DNA of 64,000 nt, taken from Cyanophora paradoxa CCMP329. Its lineage: Eukaryota; Plantae; Glaucophyta. Position numbers and translations under genes: made by a program. This document shows positions 46,984 to 59,000 of this stretch, piece after piece. Location of the stretch: assembly GCA_004431415.1 (NCBI GenBank), contig QPMI01000474.1, positions 1-64,000 on the forward strand, written 5' to 3'. The stretch's first letter is position 1; each line of letters starts with the position of its first letter. The notes beneath the pieces are model-generated. The model did not search any database. It was given only the letters and a program-made list of their open reading frames with translations, and was not told the origin of the DNA.

Positions 46984-47973
46984 CTATCTATCATAGAACT
47001 TCGGAATCACGGTATCTCGGGGTCTAGCACATGTTAGCTGTCTTCTTGACCTGCCAGAACTGAACCCTACGATCGCTGTTGGCTGCAGTCCACGATGGTG
47101 GACCATAGGCGTGCTCAACAGGGGCCCCGGAGGCATCCGAGCGAAGCCCGCCGTTTGTAACGCTGCGAATAGGCGTAGCACGCTGGATCTGACGTCCCTG
47201 CGTCCAATTGTGAAACCGAGGCGACGTAAGATATCGATTGAAAGTAAAATTTCAACAGCGGTCGCACAGTAGACGGCCCGGGCGTCGCGGTCGTGGGGTG
47301 CCCGGAGGGGAATTTCCAGGGCTGCGACGGGCACGAGGGAGGCAGCGGGGGGCGCCTCCGCCTCGGCGGTGCGCTTCGCCGGAAGAGAGATGCGGCCGTG
47401 CATTCCCGAGTCCGCGGGCCCCGGCGGGGCCAGCGCCGAGGGCATGGAGGAGCGCCGCTGCAGGTTGCGCTTTGCGAGGCTCACGCGCAGGTCGCCCGTC
47501 GAGGCCGGCGCCTGCGCGTCGGCCCCGATGGACTTGCGCCGGCGCGCCGCGCCTGCATAGGCATGTTGAGCGATGCCCTGCTGTGAGCACGGGTCAGCAT
47601 CGGGAGGCCCCGCGCGCGCTATGCGGACTTCGACGCGAATTTGGCAACTCACGTTGGCCGACTTCGCATGCGCCGTTGCGTCCGCCGAGTCGCGCACGCG
47701 CACTTGTACTGCAGCTGGCGACGGCTCCTCGGGCTCGGAGCGCGGGCTCAGAGGCGGAGACGCCAGCGCCTCGCTGTGTGCATGTGCCACAGTGTTGAGC
47801 GCTTTAAACAGCCGCGCCAGAGGAGATGCGGTGGGCTTGTTGTGCAGAGAAATCGATCGGCTGAACGAGCAGTTCTCGGAATCGCTTTCCAACGCGATGG
47901 GCGTCTCGCAGCGGCTGTTGCTCGCGCTCGAAAACGTGGGAATGCGAAGACCCTCCATAGAAGTGGGCACCAT
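46984..47973 (-). CDS. Orphan gene, paralog B (inverted copy of 36997-37875)
   Basis: Same N-terminus MVPTSMEGLRIP and same intron position (GTGAGT...CAG, here stop-free and in frame); similarity to paralog A ends near 47160. Confidence 0.6.
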   Translation of the reverse strand: MVPTSMEGLRIPTFSSASNSRCETPIALESDSENCSFSRSISLHNKPTASPLARLFKALNTVAHAHSEALASPPLSPRSEPEEPSPAAVQVRVRDSADATAHAKSANVSCQIRVEVRIARAGPPDADPCSQQGIAQHAYAGAARRRKSIGADAQAPASTGDLRVSLAKRNLQRRSSMPSALAPPGPADSGMHGRISLPAKRTAEAEAPPAASLVPVAALEIPLRAPHDRDARAVYCATAVEILLSIDILRRLGFTIGRRDVRSSVLRLFAALQTAGFARMPPGPLLSTPMVHHRGLQPTAIVGFSSGRSRRQLTCARPRDTVIPKFYDR

Positions 47974-48555
47974 CTAAACGCGTCGGCAGCCGCGGGCGCC
48001 GCAACTAAATGTCAATGTTGGAACGCGCACCAGGACGGCGAACAGAAGGGCGCCGGCGCGCACGCACCAGAATCGTGGCCAGATCCGATATCGATTATCT
48101 TGAGCTGAATTTGAGCACAACTTGCCAAGTTGCTGCACAAGACAGAGCGCGGACCGTCGTCGCCGACTCGTCGGACTCGCGCCGCGGAGGCTGGCCGCGG
48201 GAGCAGCTGACTTAGTGAGCTGCGCTCAGAAGCTTGCGCTGCACAGAAGCTTGCGCCGCACAGCGGCACAGGCCGCGTGACAGGCGGCACTGCGCGGGCA
48301 GCGCGGCACAGCCGCTGAGTCGGCGCTGACCCTGGGTGAGGCTGGGTCAGGGCCCAGGGGCCTCGGCCCTCAGCCTGGGCCTCAGGGCCCCACTCAGCTG
48401 GGCCAGGGGTCGACGGCGGCTGGACGCCGGACCGGACGGTGGACGCCGGACGGTGGGCCCGGCCCCGGCCGCCCGGCCGGCCGGGGCCGGGCCGGGCCGG
48501 CGCCGCCGGCGGGCGGCGCCGGCCGGCGGCCTCGAAATCGAAATTACTAATTAAG

Positions 48556-48787
48556 TTAGTGGAGCCCGAAATCGAAATTAGTGGATTGTAAAATTAACTT
48601 TCAAGCTTGTATGGGGCGGTAATCTGTTGGGGTACGGTATAAGACCGAACCCAGAAGGGAATTACCATGACCAAGTTACTTTGAAGTTTGTCGAGCCCGA
48701 AATTAGCTAGTGGACTGAGTCTAGCCTGATCGAGCTCGCGATCGAGTCACAATTTTTGATCCACTATATAATTTCTGGCTCCACTAA
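48556..48787. mobile_element. MITE-like inverted-repeat element
   Basis: TTAGTGGAGCCCGAAAT (48556) vs ATTTCTGGCTCCACTAA (ending 48787), 16/17 complementary and extending imperfectly to ~40 bp; internal partial copy near 48694-48714; no clear TSD. Confidence 0.5.
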
Positions 48788-49699
48788 TATTATATCAGCG
48801 TCCATCCTTTAATTTAACTAATCCTCTTAAGCTTGGCATATATGGTCGATCCGATCCCCACTACTACAGTACCGTGCAAGCTATATTTCGGGTACCGAGA
48901 ACCTGGCTCTGTTGACGTCACGGTACTCGGGAGTCTTGTAAACATGATTCATCATGGGATTCATGGCATGAGTCCTTGCAAATTGTGATCATGATTCATG
49001 AGCGGTTATAGAGCCTTCTCATCGCTTCGGCGACCGCCAGGCCCTGGTACCGAGTACTCCGGGGCAATCGCTAGCGCGAACCGTCGGACGACGGACGCGG
49101 CGCCGGCGATCGCTTAAAAAAGGCCCCGGCCCGATCCGAGCCCATGGCCGGCGGGCATAGTGAACATAGTGCCAAAATGTCGCCCCGAAATCACGGTTTT
49201 TAGAAGGATCGGAAGAAAGCGCGCCCAAGCAGGACCGAGGGGCGGTTCCGGCACGTACCTACTGACTCAGAGCTGCTTGCGCTGGGCCCGCCGGCCGACG
49301 CCATGAGACCCGGTTGAGAGCTCGAATCCCTGCGCGCCGCCTTACAGCGGCCGAGGATGGGGCGAAGGCTGCAGAATTCGATGATGTGCACCTCGGACAA
49401 GCGAAAGCGCGTAGCTAGCGCGCCGCCGGCGCCGCGGGTGAGCCGATGAAGCCAGCGATGTGTACTCCTCGCGTGCGCGGGCGCGGCGACGTCGCCTGCC
49501 GGGCGGGCGTGGCGCCGCGGGGCTGAGCACGGCGCGCGCACGGCAGTGCACATGCGCATCGGGCGGTGTTGACGTTCGCGCGCTGCAGCTGCATGCATGG
49601 CGCCGGCCGGGCGCGCGGAAGTTGGTTTTTTTTGCTATTCGTCCCCCTGCGCTTCTCCCCCCCTTCATTCCCCCGAAGTTAGCCACCGGTGGCTAACTT

Positions 49700-52600
49700 G
49701 CGATCGAAGGGTACAGGGATCACCCTCCTGAAATTGATCTCTTACAAAACCAACGCTGTCGTAGAACCCTACACTATCTGCAAGCGGAATCAGGCAATCT
49801 GCAGTCCTACGAAAGCCTTGCACCGCTGCAGGAGCCCTTTTGCCTGCTCTTCGTTCGCGAAGATGTCAGGATGCCCCGCGCGGGGCGCGCGGAACCACTC
49901 TGTGGAGGCGGCCACAAATGGTGCGCATGCTGTGGGATCGCGCAGGTGGTGGCCACTGCACACCACCCGGCCCCAGCGCGGGGAAAACAGGACCTCCAGG
50001 ACGCGGTCGACCCGGCACTTCGCTTTGAAAGTAGACCCAGCGGTCGTGCGCGCGTTCATCTGGTATGCTGGATCAGAGAGCTCGACGATCGCATGCACCA
50101 CCCCTGCAACCAGTGTCATGATCGGCACGCTGCGCAACGACACCGTTACAGATAGAAAAAGGAAAGGAAAGGAAGAGAAAGTAAGAAAGAGAAGGGGGGA
50201 AGAAAGACAGAATGAAAGAAAACTTGAAAGAAAGGAAAGGACGCACGGCCAGTGGTCCCACTCCAGGTTCTTGAAGCTCTTCAGGATGTGCATGATCGCC
50301 TCCGGCGTAACGTTCACGTCGTCGAGCCGTCGGACTTCGCATGCGACGGTGCATGCACCTAGGCCTTGCCGGGCCGTGCACGCCAGGTCTCCGTCGTTGG
50401 GTGGGAGTCGGGCAAGAACCTCCACGTATGCGCGCACTGCAGGGCTCGAGGCTCTCGCCCCGCGCACCGCAGTTGCGATTTCCGCAACGCTGTCGCGCAC
50501 TGAACGATAGCCGTTCTCCTCCCGCGTCATTGCGGGAAACATGTGCAGCTTCGCCTTCAGGGTGGTGCTCATCTGGTTAAGGAAGCGGTTCTCGGTGTTC
50601 GCGACTCTGCGACGAGAAATCAGAAAAGACCGCTGACAGAGGACATGACGGGCGGGGTACACATACCGTCTGTAGAGCAAGGAGAGGAGGGGTATTGGAA
50701 TGGGCGCTCGGCTGTTCCCATCCACACGGCCTTGTTCCGTCGCGTGTACGGTGGGCGGACGTACAGCTCGACCTCTTGCTCCACCTCCTCCATAATCCCC
50801 TGCGCATTTGGCTGCGAATTGCGTGAGCCGCCGCGACGACGATGGCGCCAGGAACGTGCTCACCTCCTGTACTTTGTCGACCCTCACCTTGAACGCGGTC
50901 GCCCCCAGTTCGTCCACCTCCGGATACTCCTCTCCGGAGCTGTGGGATCGGTCCCCGCGGTTCAAGAGGCGGTGATTGGGGACGTCCGACTTTGCACCGA
51001 TCTGCTCCAGCGCCGCTGTGACTTGCTTCAGCGCTGGCATGCTGTTGTGTGATACACGGCCTGTCCCGTACTTCTCCTGCGTCGAAGTTCAGTTCATGTA
51101 CGTACCCCCCCCACGCTCCCTTACCCCCCGGGCGCACCACTATCTCGGGCTTGGAGCGTATCCTTGTGAAGGCCTCGTTCTCCGGGTCCTCGCGATAGAC
51201 AGCCGCCGGATTCGCGAGCGCCTCGTGGCACGCCTGCCAAGAGACCGAAAGGCAGGCACGGTTCGGTTGTGGGTTAATCGCTAGGGGGTATCGAAGATTC
51301 TGTACCTTCAGCGGCCTCGGTGCTGGGTGGGGGCTGCTCCGGGGTCCTCCCGGCATCCCGCCTTGCCTCCCACTGAGCTCGGGCCCTCCTTGCATCTCCG
51401 TGTTCATCCTCGTCGATTGCCAGTGCGAGATCGACGAGGCCCTTGAAGATGAGCTGGTTGATGGTTGTTGCCCACCGTCGGAATCGAGCGATGCGGACAA
51501 GGCTTGAGAAGAAGATGCCAATGGAGATGCTGCTCGCTGGCCCGGCAAGCAGGCGCAGGACCTCCATCCCACTCGTGCGGATGCGCTGCAAAGCCTTTTC
51601 GTCGATTGGTCTGCCGGCGCCGCTGTTGACGTTCTTGTTTCCTGTTCCCGACTGGCACTTCTCCACCAGCCTCTTGACTTCTTCGAACTCCGAGAGACCC
51701 GCCCGCGCCTTTCTCTTACGCCCCTTCTCTCTTGGCATCTCTTGCGCCAACATGTCCTCCACAGCCGCTGCCGTAAGCTCGATACATGCATGCAACCTGT
51801 GACAGGAAGATCAGATCAGAAACGATGGCGTACCCCCCCCCCGCGGCCCCCCGCGCACCAAAGTTGGAGTGACTCGCCTTCGCTTGTCTGCTGTTGCGCT
51901 GACTGAAGTAAGCGGATCAGACTTCGGAGCTGCTCCTTTGCTTCTTCTGTTGTGCCTAGATTTAAAGCTTGCTGGCTGAGCCCGAGAGTTGCCTGCATGC
52001 GTGGCAGATTGACTTGGGCCTGACCATTCTTAACCTGAGCGTGAAGTTGAGCTCGACGAAGTACAAGATTTAGATGAAGAATGTCACCTCCAGGAATGCA
52101 TCAGCAAGAGACTGAGCTCGAGCTGGCTCGCGCTCCATATCTGCCTCTGCAGGTCGCCAGGCAAGAAGTTGTGTGAGCACCGCTGCAGCTGACCGGATAT
52201 CGCCATCGACAGGAGCTGCAATGCAGTTAGACCACAACGAAGCGCCACTTAGCAGTCATTCAAATGCAACTCACAGTAGAAATCAAGCGACTCGCCGCCT
52301 GACTGACCAAAGAAGTACAGCTCGATCCATTGGGAGAGGTACAGCTTCGATTGTACAGCATACGAGCGGCTATCTGCACGAGGCGCTGCGGGTTCCTGGA
52401 ACTCCAGAGCCAAGATTACCTGCACACAAAGACACAATCAGCAGATGCAGCAAGCAGCAAGCATGTCAAACTTGCCAGGTCTATTTCACGCAATCTCCTC
52501 TCACGGGCGTAGATCTTGTTCTTGTAGAACCACTTGGCTCGCTCCTTTAGCCAATCGTGATGCTTGTCTCGCATTTCCTTGTCCACTTCGAATTGCCCGT

Positions 52601-53960
52601 GCTCGCCTACAGAACCAAGGCCAAGAAATGCGCACTGCATCGGCATTCAGTACATTCACACGATGGAAGAACAATAGAAGCTCACATCAATGTCAATGAG
52701 TTCCTCGTAATGCGAAGAACTCTTTGTCTCGTCACCGTTGCCGTCGTTTACATTGCGTGCAGCCTCTTGCTGGCGTGTCGACTCGAGCGCCACCTAAGAT
52801 CATATTCAGAACAGAATCGCAAGATAAGTTGCAGTAAGAACTGCACCGAGCTCAAGAATTGCTTCAGAGCATTGAGCTCGTCCAGGGTCCGGTCCCGGGC
52901 CGGTTCGCCGCGAAACCGCACTCGGCAAGACCTAGCCTGAGCTTGAGCCGCCTGTGCTGTTATCTACACGAGCATGAGCTGACATCATAGGTACTCTGAC
53001 AAATCCGTGCACCAGATCGAGCCAATCAACACAACTTTGAAATATGTCGCCTCGCTGTTCTCCATTCGTTTCCACGAACAAGTCCCGCAGCGCTTGCAAG
53101 GCTTGAGGTGGGGCAAGTTGATGAGAACGCCCTCTACGTAGTGCAGCATGGGGTCCAAAGCTGCACAACATATGAGAGATGCAGCAGTTAGGCCTCCGGG
53201 CTCGTGCACCAACATCGTGGCGGCGGTGTACACTGGGTCCGGGGCCGGGGGAGGGCAGGGCCGGGGGAGGGGCAGGGCCGGGGGAGGGGCAGGGCCGGGG
53301 GAGGGCGGGGTCGGGGGAGATGGAGGGGCGGGGCCCGGGGATGGGCGGGGTCGGGGGAGGGGCGGGCCGGGGGAGGGGCGGGGTCGGGGGAGATGGAGGG
53401 GCGGGGCCCGGGGATGGGCGGGGTCGGGGGAGGGGCGGGGCCGGGGGAGGGCGGGCAGTACCCTCTCCCCCGCGTCGCACCGGCCCCCGCCGCGCCGGTC
53501 AGCGTGGGGACAAGCTCAAGGCTGGAGCGAGCGCCGCCGCTTGCCGTGCTGCCCCGAGGCCGCCCCGAGGCCACCACCCGCCGTGCGGCCCGCCAGAAGG
53601 GGATTGGGAGATGAGCTGGAGGTCCACTCCATCTCTTCCTCCCCAAAGAGAGTGCTCCTGGGGTCGACATGCTGCGGAGTCGGGCATAAGACACCGAAAA
53701 GCAGCGATCGCTTGGCCAATGAGAAGGCGGTGGACGTCAAGCCCGCGGCGACCGTTAGAACTGAGAACCCAGAAGCGATCGCCGGCCCAGCAGCTCTTTG
53801 TTAGAGGTCGGACTCGCTGGGTATGGCGCCGAACACAAAGCGATCGCCGAGCAATGAGAAGGCTCATAATCCGGGTTATTTTGCCTGCAAAACCGTACCG
53901 GTCCGTGCGTCACGCGTGAATGGCACTGGATGCCGAAACGTTAAACCACAGTTTTTCATG
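49700..53960 (-). CDS. Lower-GC multi-exon hypothetical gene(s), unknown family
   Basis: Non-repetitive ORF pieces (51274-51795, 50577-51240, 49790-51040, 52249-52646, 52985-53233) joinable by GT-AG introns, e.g. the pyrimidine-rich intron ~50131-50246. CxxC motif PCKRCGTC. Boundaries and gene number uncertain. Confidence 0.4.
53241..53455. repeat. G-rich minisatellite (~16-bp units with a higher-order duplication), probably intronic
   Basis: GGGGGAGGGGC(A/G)GGG(C/T)C units; bounded on the minus strand by GTACTG and CCCAG; G-quadruplex potential. Confidence 0.8.
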
Positions 53961-54778
53961 TCCAATGTCGCTCAATCATCATTCATGGCTTCGCCGAGAT
54001 ACTAGTAGTCTAGTACTACTATATATATCATACTAGCACCTTATGCTGCTGAAGTTATGCACGTTTGGGGTTTTTTTTAAACACGTACCTCCCATGACCG
54101 CACTGGTTGCCATGCATATGATCCGACACACCATGATGTCACCATCATCATGATCAGCGATACTAAGTACTACGTGGTACGTACACGGTACACGGCCACA
54201 TGTACGTGCACCGTCGTGCAGGTACTGCCAGGCCTAGGTAGCTAGTAGCTACTAGTATACGTATAGCTAACCGTTGATCATGAACAGCTGCTAACTTAGT
54301 AAGACTCCCTACCGGGTAGCCTACCGGTATTTAAGAGCACATGCAGCATGATGCAGCTGCGCGCATGCGCTGCTGGGCAGTACTAGTGCTGGCTGGCAGT
54401 GGCTGCTGGCAGCCTGCTGCAGACGTCGACTCCGAGTCTCCCGGAGTCCGTCGACTCTCCGACTCTCCGTCGACTCTCCGATGAGCCTCGGAGTCCGATC
54501 CCGCCGCACAGTACGTACTGAACTACTAGTAGCCTAGTACCGTATATCGCGTAGTACTTCCAGTTCTACGTATACGTGTACCCAGTAAACTTGGTAACTT
54601 CAGTAAATTAAACAGCAGACTTCAAGGCTTGCAATTGCAGTACCACTGGCAGGGGCCCCATGGCCATGGCCAGGCCGGGCAGGCCACCCCGGCCCCGGGC
54701 CCCGTCCACCGGCCCCCACGGGCCACGGCCACGGCCCCCAGACTGGGCCCCAGTGCACGACTGCACGTGGCCCCCCAT

Positions 54779-55441
54779 AAGGGTTACCGCCGGGCCGTAT
54801 GTCGGAACTGTCGGTCACCGCAGGCCGGTACCCACCTTCCGACATCGACGCAGGCCGGTACCCACCTTCCGACATCGACATTGTCGACGTCGAATGTCGG
54901 TTACCGCGGCCGGGTTAACGTTGGATCATCAACTTGGACGGGTTAACGTTGCAATTGGATCCGACAGAGGGGGGGGGCCGGGGGGGGGGGGGGAGGGGGG
55001 AGGGGGGAGGGGTCATCTCCGCCTGCAGAATGCGCCATAAATTATTATATAATTAATTAAGGCTTCTGGCGCTCCAGGAAGTTATTATAAGCATGTCTGA
55101 ACACTTTCCCCACGTTGGGAGACCATAGGAGCGTGCACGTGGGTTCTAGGCCTAGGTGCGCGACGGGCGCCCGACGGGCAGGCGACGGCATGGAGTGGGC
55201 GAGAAATGCATCAAAATATATATGTTAATATTTCCGATATGTTGGACCGACATTCGGACCGGTAATTCACCAAAAACAAAAAGACATTCGGACCGGAATT
55301 CGGTCACATGGCCGGGCAGCCCCCGCAGTGCTGGTGTCTAGAGACTGTGGCCGGTAATTCACCAAAAACAAATTCGGTCACCTTCGCCGACATCGTACCG
55401 ACATGTACATTCGAAATGTCGAACCGAAATCGGTAACCCTA
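54779..55441. mobile_element. hAT-type MITE (~660 bp)
   Basis: TIR (A/T)AGGGTTACCG ... CGGTAACCCTA; 8-bp flanks CCCCCCAT / CCCCCCAA (7/8 identical); clustered subterminal TGTCGG/CCGACA motifs. Confidence 0.75.
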
Positions 55442-56014
55442 CCCCCCAATGGCCCCCATGGGCACGGTGGGCACCGGGCCGGGCGGCGGGCGGGCGGCGG
55501 CGGCGGCGCCGGCGGCGGCGGCCCGCCGCGCCGTGGCCCCTGCTAGCGCCGTAGCGCTGCCAGCTGCAGGCTGCATGCGCAGCTGGGGCGCCGCCGCGCG
55601 CGCCGGGGCCCGGGGCCGCCCGCCGGCTGGCGGGGCCGATACTAGTACTCGGAGAGTCGGAGACTGCAAGGAGCTGGCAGAATTTTTTTCAGTTGAAGTT
55701 TCAGTCTAGATCTCATACGCATCACGACTCTCACGTGCATGTCGTTTGGCACAACTGCAGAAAAAACCATTGGACGGCCGATCGCGAGCGCTAGCTGGTA
55801 GCTATTTGAATTTTGACACTCAGGTATTAAATTTTGCAAAGGATGAATTCCGTATACATTATACTACGTCGTGTAATGTCGGTTTTCTATATGTACAATT
55901 TTGACGCACGGATATCGATGTCTGTAATTGTAAAGTTTCGGGTGGCTGCCGTTTCAATCTCTTCGAATTCTGGATCTCCGTTAGCGTTCTAGGCCTCGGG
56001 ACCAAGCTAGAGGC

Positions 56015-59000
56015 CTAGGCCTCCGCCATGGCGGTGGCCACTCGGGCGTGGAACGCGTCGCCGGCCTCGCCGCACAGCGCCGCCGCCGCCGCCGCGAGCC
56101 GCCGCCGCTCGCCGGGGTCGGCCTCGTGCCCGGCGAGGAGCAGGGTCGCGACGCCCTCGTCCCGCGGCTGGCCCGCGCCCTTCGCGGCCCGCGCCGCCTC
56201 GCCGAAGCGCGCCCGCGCGCCCCGCAGGTCCCCGCGCGCCGCCCGAGCGAGCCCCGCCCCGCAGAGGAGGAGGGGGCGCGCGATCGCCACCCGCGCGAAG
56301 CGGCGCAGGACGACGTCGGCCGCCTCCACCCCCGCCCGCAGCTCCTCTGCGCTCGGCGGCGGCGGCGGCGAGTCCGAGGCGGCGCGAAGGGGCGACGCGG
56401 CGGGGGCGGGGTCGCCGGGCGTGCTCTGAGGGAGCCCGGGCCCGGGGCGGGGCGCGAGGTGCGGGAGGAGGGCGGAGGAGGGGAGGGGAGGGCCCCGGGG
56501 CGGGCGTGGAGTAGGGCGCCGTAGAGGACGACGGCGGCGTCGAAGTAGTACTCGGCGAAGGGCGAGGCGCGCCCCGCGTAGTCCACCGGCAGCGCCCGCG
56601 CCACGCCGACCGCCTCCAGCGCCACGCGCGCTGCCGTCCGCCCGTCCGACGCCCGCCCCTCGGGCCCCAGCGCGCGGAAGACCGCCTGCGGCCGTGGCCG
56701 TGGCCGGTCGGCGCGATCGCAGGGGTCGCCGTATGGCGGGGCGCACGGCAGCGTGGATGCCGCTCACTCCGGCGCGGAAAGGCGGCGAGACGCGAAGGCC
56801 GCTGCGGGCGCGGGCGCCGGCGTCGCACATGCGCGACGCATGCGCAGGCTGCCGAGCGGGCGGACGGGCACCTGACGAGGCTCGCGAGGAGCGTCTCGAC
56901 CTCCGCTTTCGCGAGGGGCGCCTCGTCCTGCCGGCCCCGCTCGCACCCGCCGCCCCACCCCGCCGCGCGGAGCCGGGCGGCGCGCGCCGGCGCACCATGA
57001 GCAGGCGGCACGAGGCGAGCATCGCGCTGCCGATCGACTGCGACAAGGGGTGAGCGCCAGCGGTGGTGGGGGGCTCGCATTTGAGGATAAGTGAGCTTTG
57101 GTTCTATTTTGCGCCCGGAACAATTGACATCGTTGAGCTGTGTATTTGATTCGACTTGGAGCTCGAGGCGCGCACCACGCTGTAGTTGTCGACCACGTCG
57201 GGGTTGCGCGCCGCCCGGTCCAGGATCCCCTGCGCCCCGCCGCCGGCGCCGGCGCCGGCCTCGCCGCCCGTCCCGACGCAGAGCAGAGCGGGGGGGCCGG
57301 GGCGGGGCAGGGCGGGGGCACCGCGAGGTCGGCGGCGAGGCCGGGGAGGCCCTTGGGGTGCGCCCGGCGCGCCGTGGAGCGCACCGCCAGCAGCGCCTGC
57401 CAGATGCACACGAGCGTGAAGTGCGTCAGGTTCCGGCTGCGCCGCGCCTGCTCCGACAGGAAGACCAGCGCCCCGCTCGCTGTCGCGAAGGCTGCGCGCG
57501 CGGCACGCGTACGGCGCCGGCGCGCGAAAACCGATCGGCGGGCGCGAGGGGACGAGGGGCGGCGGCGGGCGGGCGGGGGGCTTCACCGCCCGAGCTGTAC
57601 AGCCCGATCATGATGGGCGCAGTGATCTCGTACCACCTGCCGCGCGGCGCGGTCGCTCGGGCACGCCCCTTCGCGATCGAGACCGATCGCGAGGGCGCAC
57701 AGCTCGGCAGAGTCGATCTCTTTTGCCACGGTCCAGGCCAGCCCCGCCCAGCGCAGCGCGTTTCGGTGCCGCTTGCCGAACATGCACAGCTGCCGCGCGG
57801 CCGCGCGCGCGCTGAGTGCGGTGGGGGCGCCTTGGCAGGCGGGCCGCCCACCTGGACGGCGCGGGAGAGGCCCATGGCCGTCCGCTCGTCCACCCCGGGG
57901 CTTTCGAACGCCATGGCCACCATCTGCCGGGCGGGCCCGGCGTCCGATCCCAGCAAGGGCAAGAGGCCTAGGGGAGGCCTCCTTGCTTTTTCGAATCCGC
58001 ACCTGCCCGATGCAGTACCTGTTGAGGACGAGCTCGTACTCTGCGCAGGCGCAGCCGCGTCGTGATCAGAGTTCAGTTTCACTGGTATTGGCCCGCAGAA
58101 TGCGACGAGCGCGCGCGGGGGCGTACCCATGTACATCAACGTCTGCACGAGGATGCTGTACAGCTGCGAGACCTCCCGGCGCTGTTCGCGGTGGCATGGG
58201 CGGGGCGGGGCGGGGCGGCCCGCGCGGTCATGATCGTGCGCTCGAACGGGCGGCGGGACGAACGGGCGGCGCGCGCGGGTGCGCACCATGGCGGCGGCCT
58301 CGGGGTCGGCGCGGGCGCCGGCGCGGGCGCGCTCGGCCTCCCGCACGAAGTCGTCCTCGCTGGGCGGCCGCCGCAGCAGCGCCCGCAGGTAGTGCCACGC
58401 GAAGGAGAGCCGCTGCGCCGCCGCGCTGCTCGGCACGGGCCGCCCCGCCGCCGCCAGCGCCCGCAGGCACATTTCCGTCGACTCCTTGAACATCCTGGGG
58501 CGGGGCGGGGCATGGTTCAGCGGCGAAACAGAAGGCGCAGCATGGTTTTCGCGGGCTAATATATGTAAAAATATTTCGCGGCTTGTCTCGAAATTATATG
58601 CTTTCTTTCGATCTTTTTTGCATCGCGTTTTGATAAGAGAAGCAGCAGGTTGTTTAATGAGGGCTATGAGTTATTGCAGCAGCTATGGTCTCGCGGACCA
58701 TTAGACTCTGAGAAACGTTTTGCGGCGTGCCTAGAGCGCAGCGCTTCAGGTCTAGAGCCCCGCGAGCAAACAGCGCGCGCACTCGACGCGGAAGTAGGCC
58801 TCGGCGAGGCGGCGCTTGTGGCGGATGCGCGCCGCGGGGGCCGGCCCCCGCGACTCGGACCCGCCGCCCGCCGGCCCCGCGCTCAGGCGGAGCAGGTCCT
58901 CGTACAGCTGCACCGCCTGCGCCCGGCGGCTCAGCGGTGGAGCTCCGAGGGGGGCGGCGAGGGTCAGATCTATGCATATTGGCACTGAGGAGACTGAGAG

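Noticed and set aside
49700-49790. GNAT acetyltransferase motif (SVGFYDSVGF) at the end of the orphan gene
   Set aside because: Depends on an uncertain splice, and the acetyl-CoA-binding motif A is not evident.
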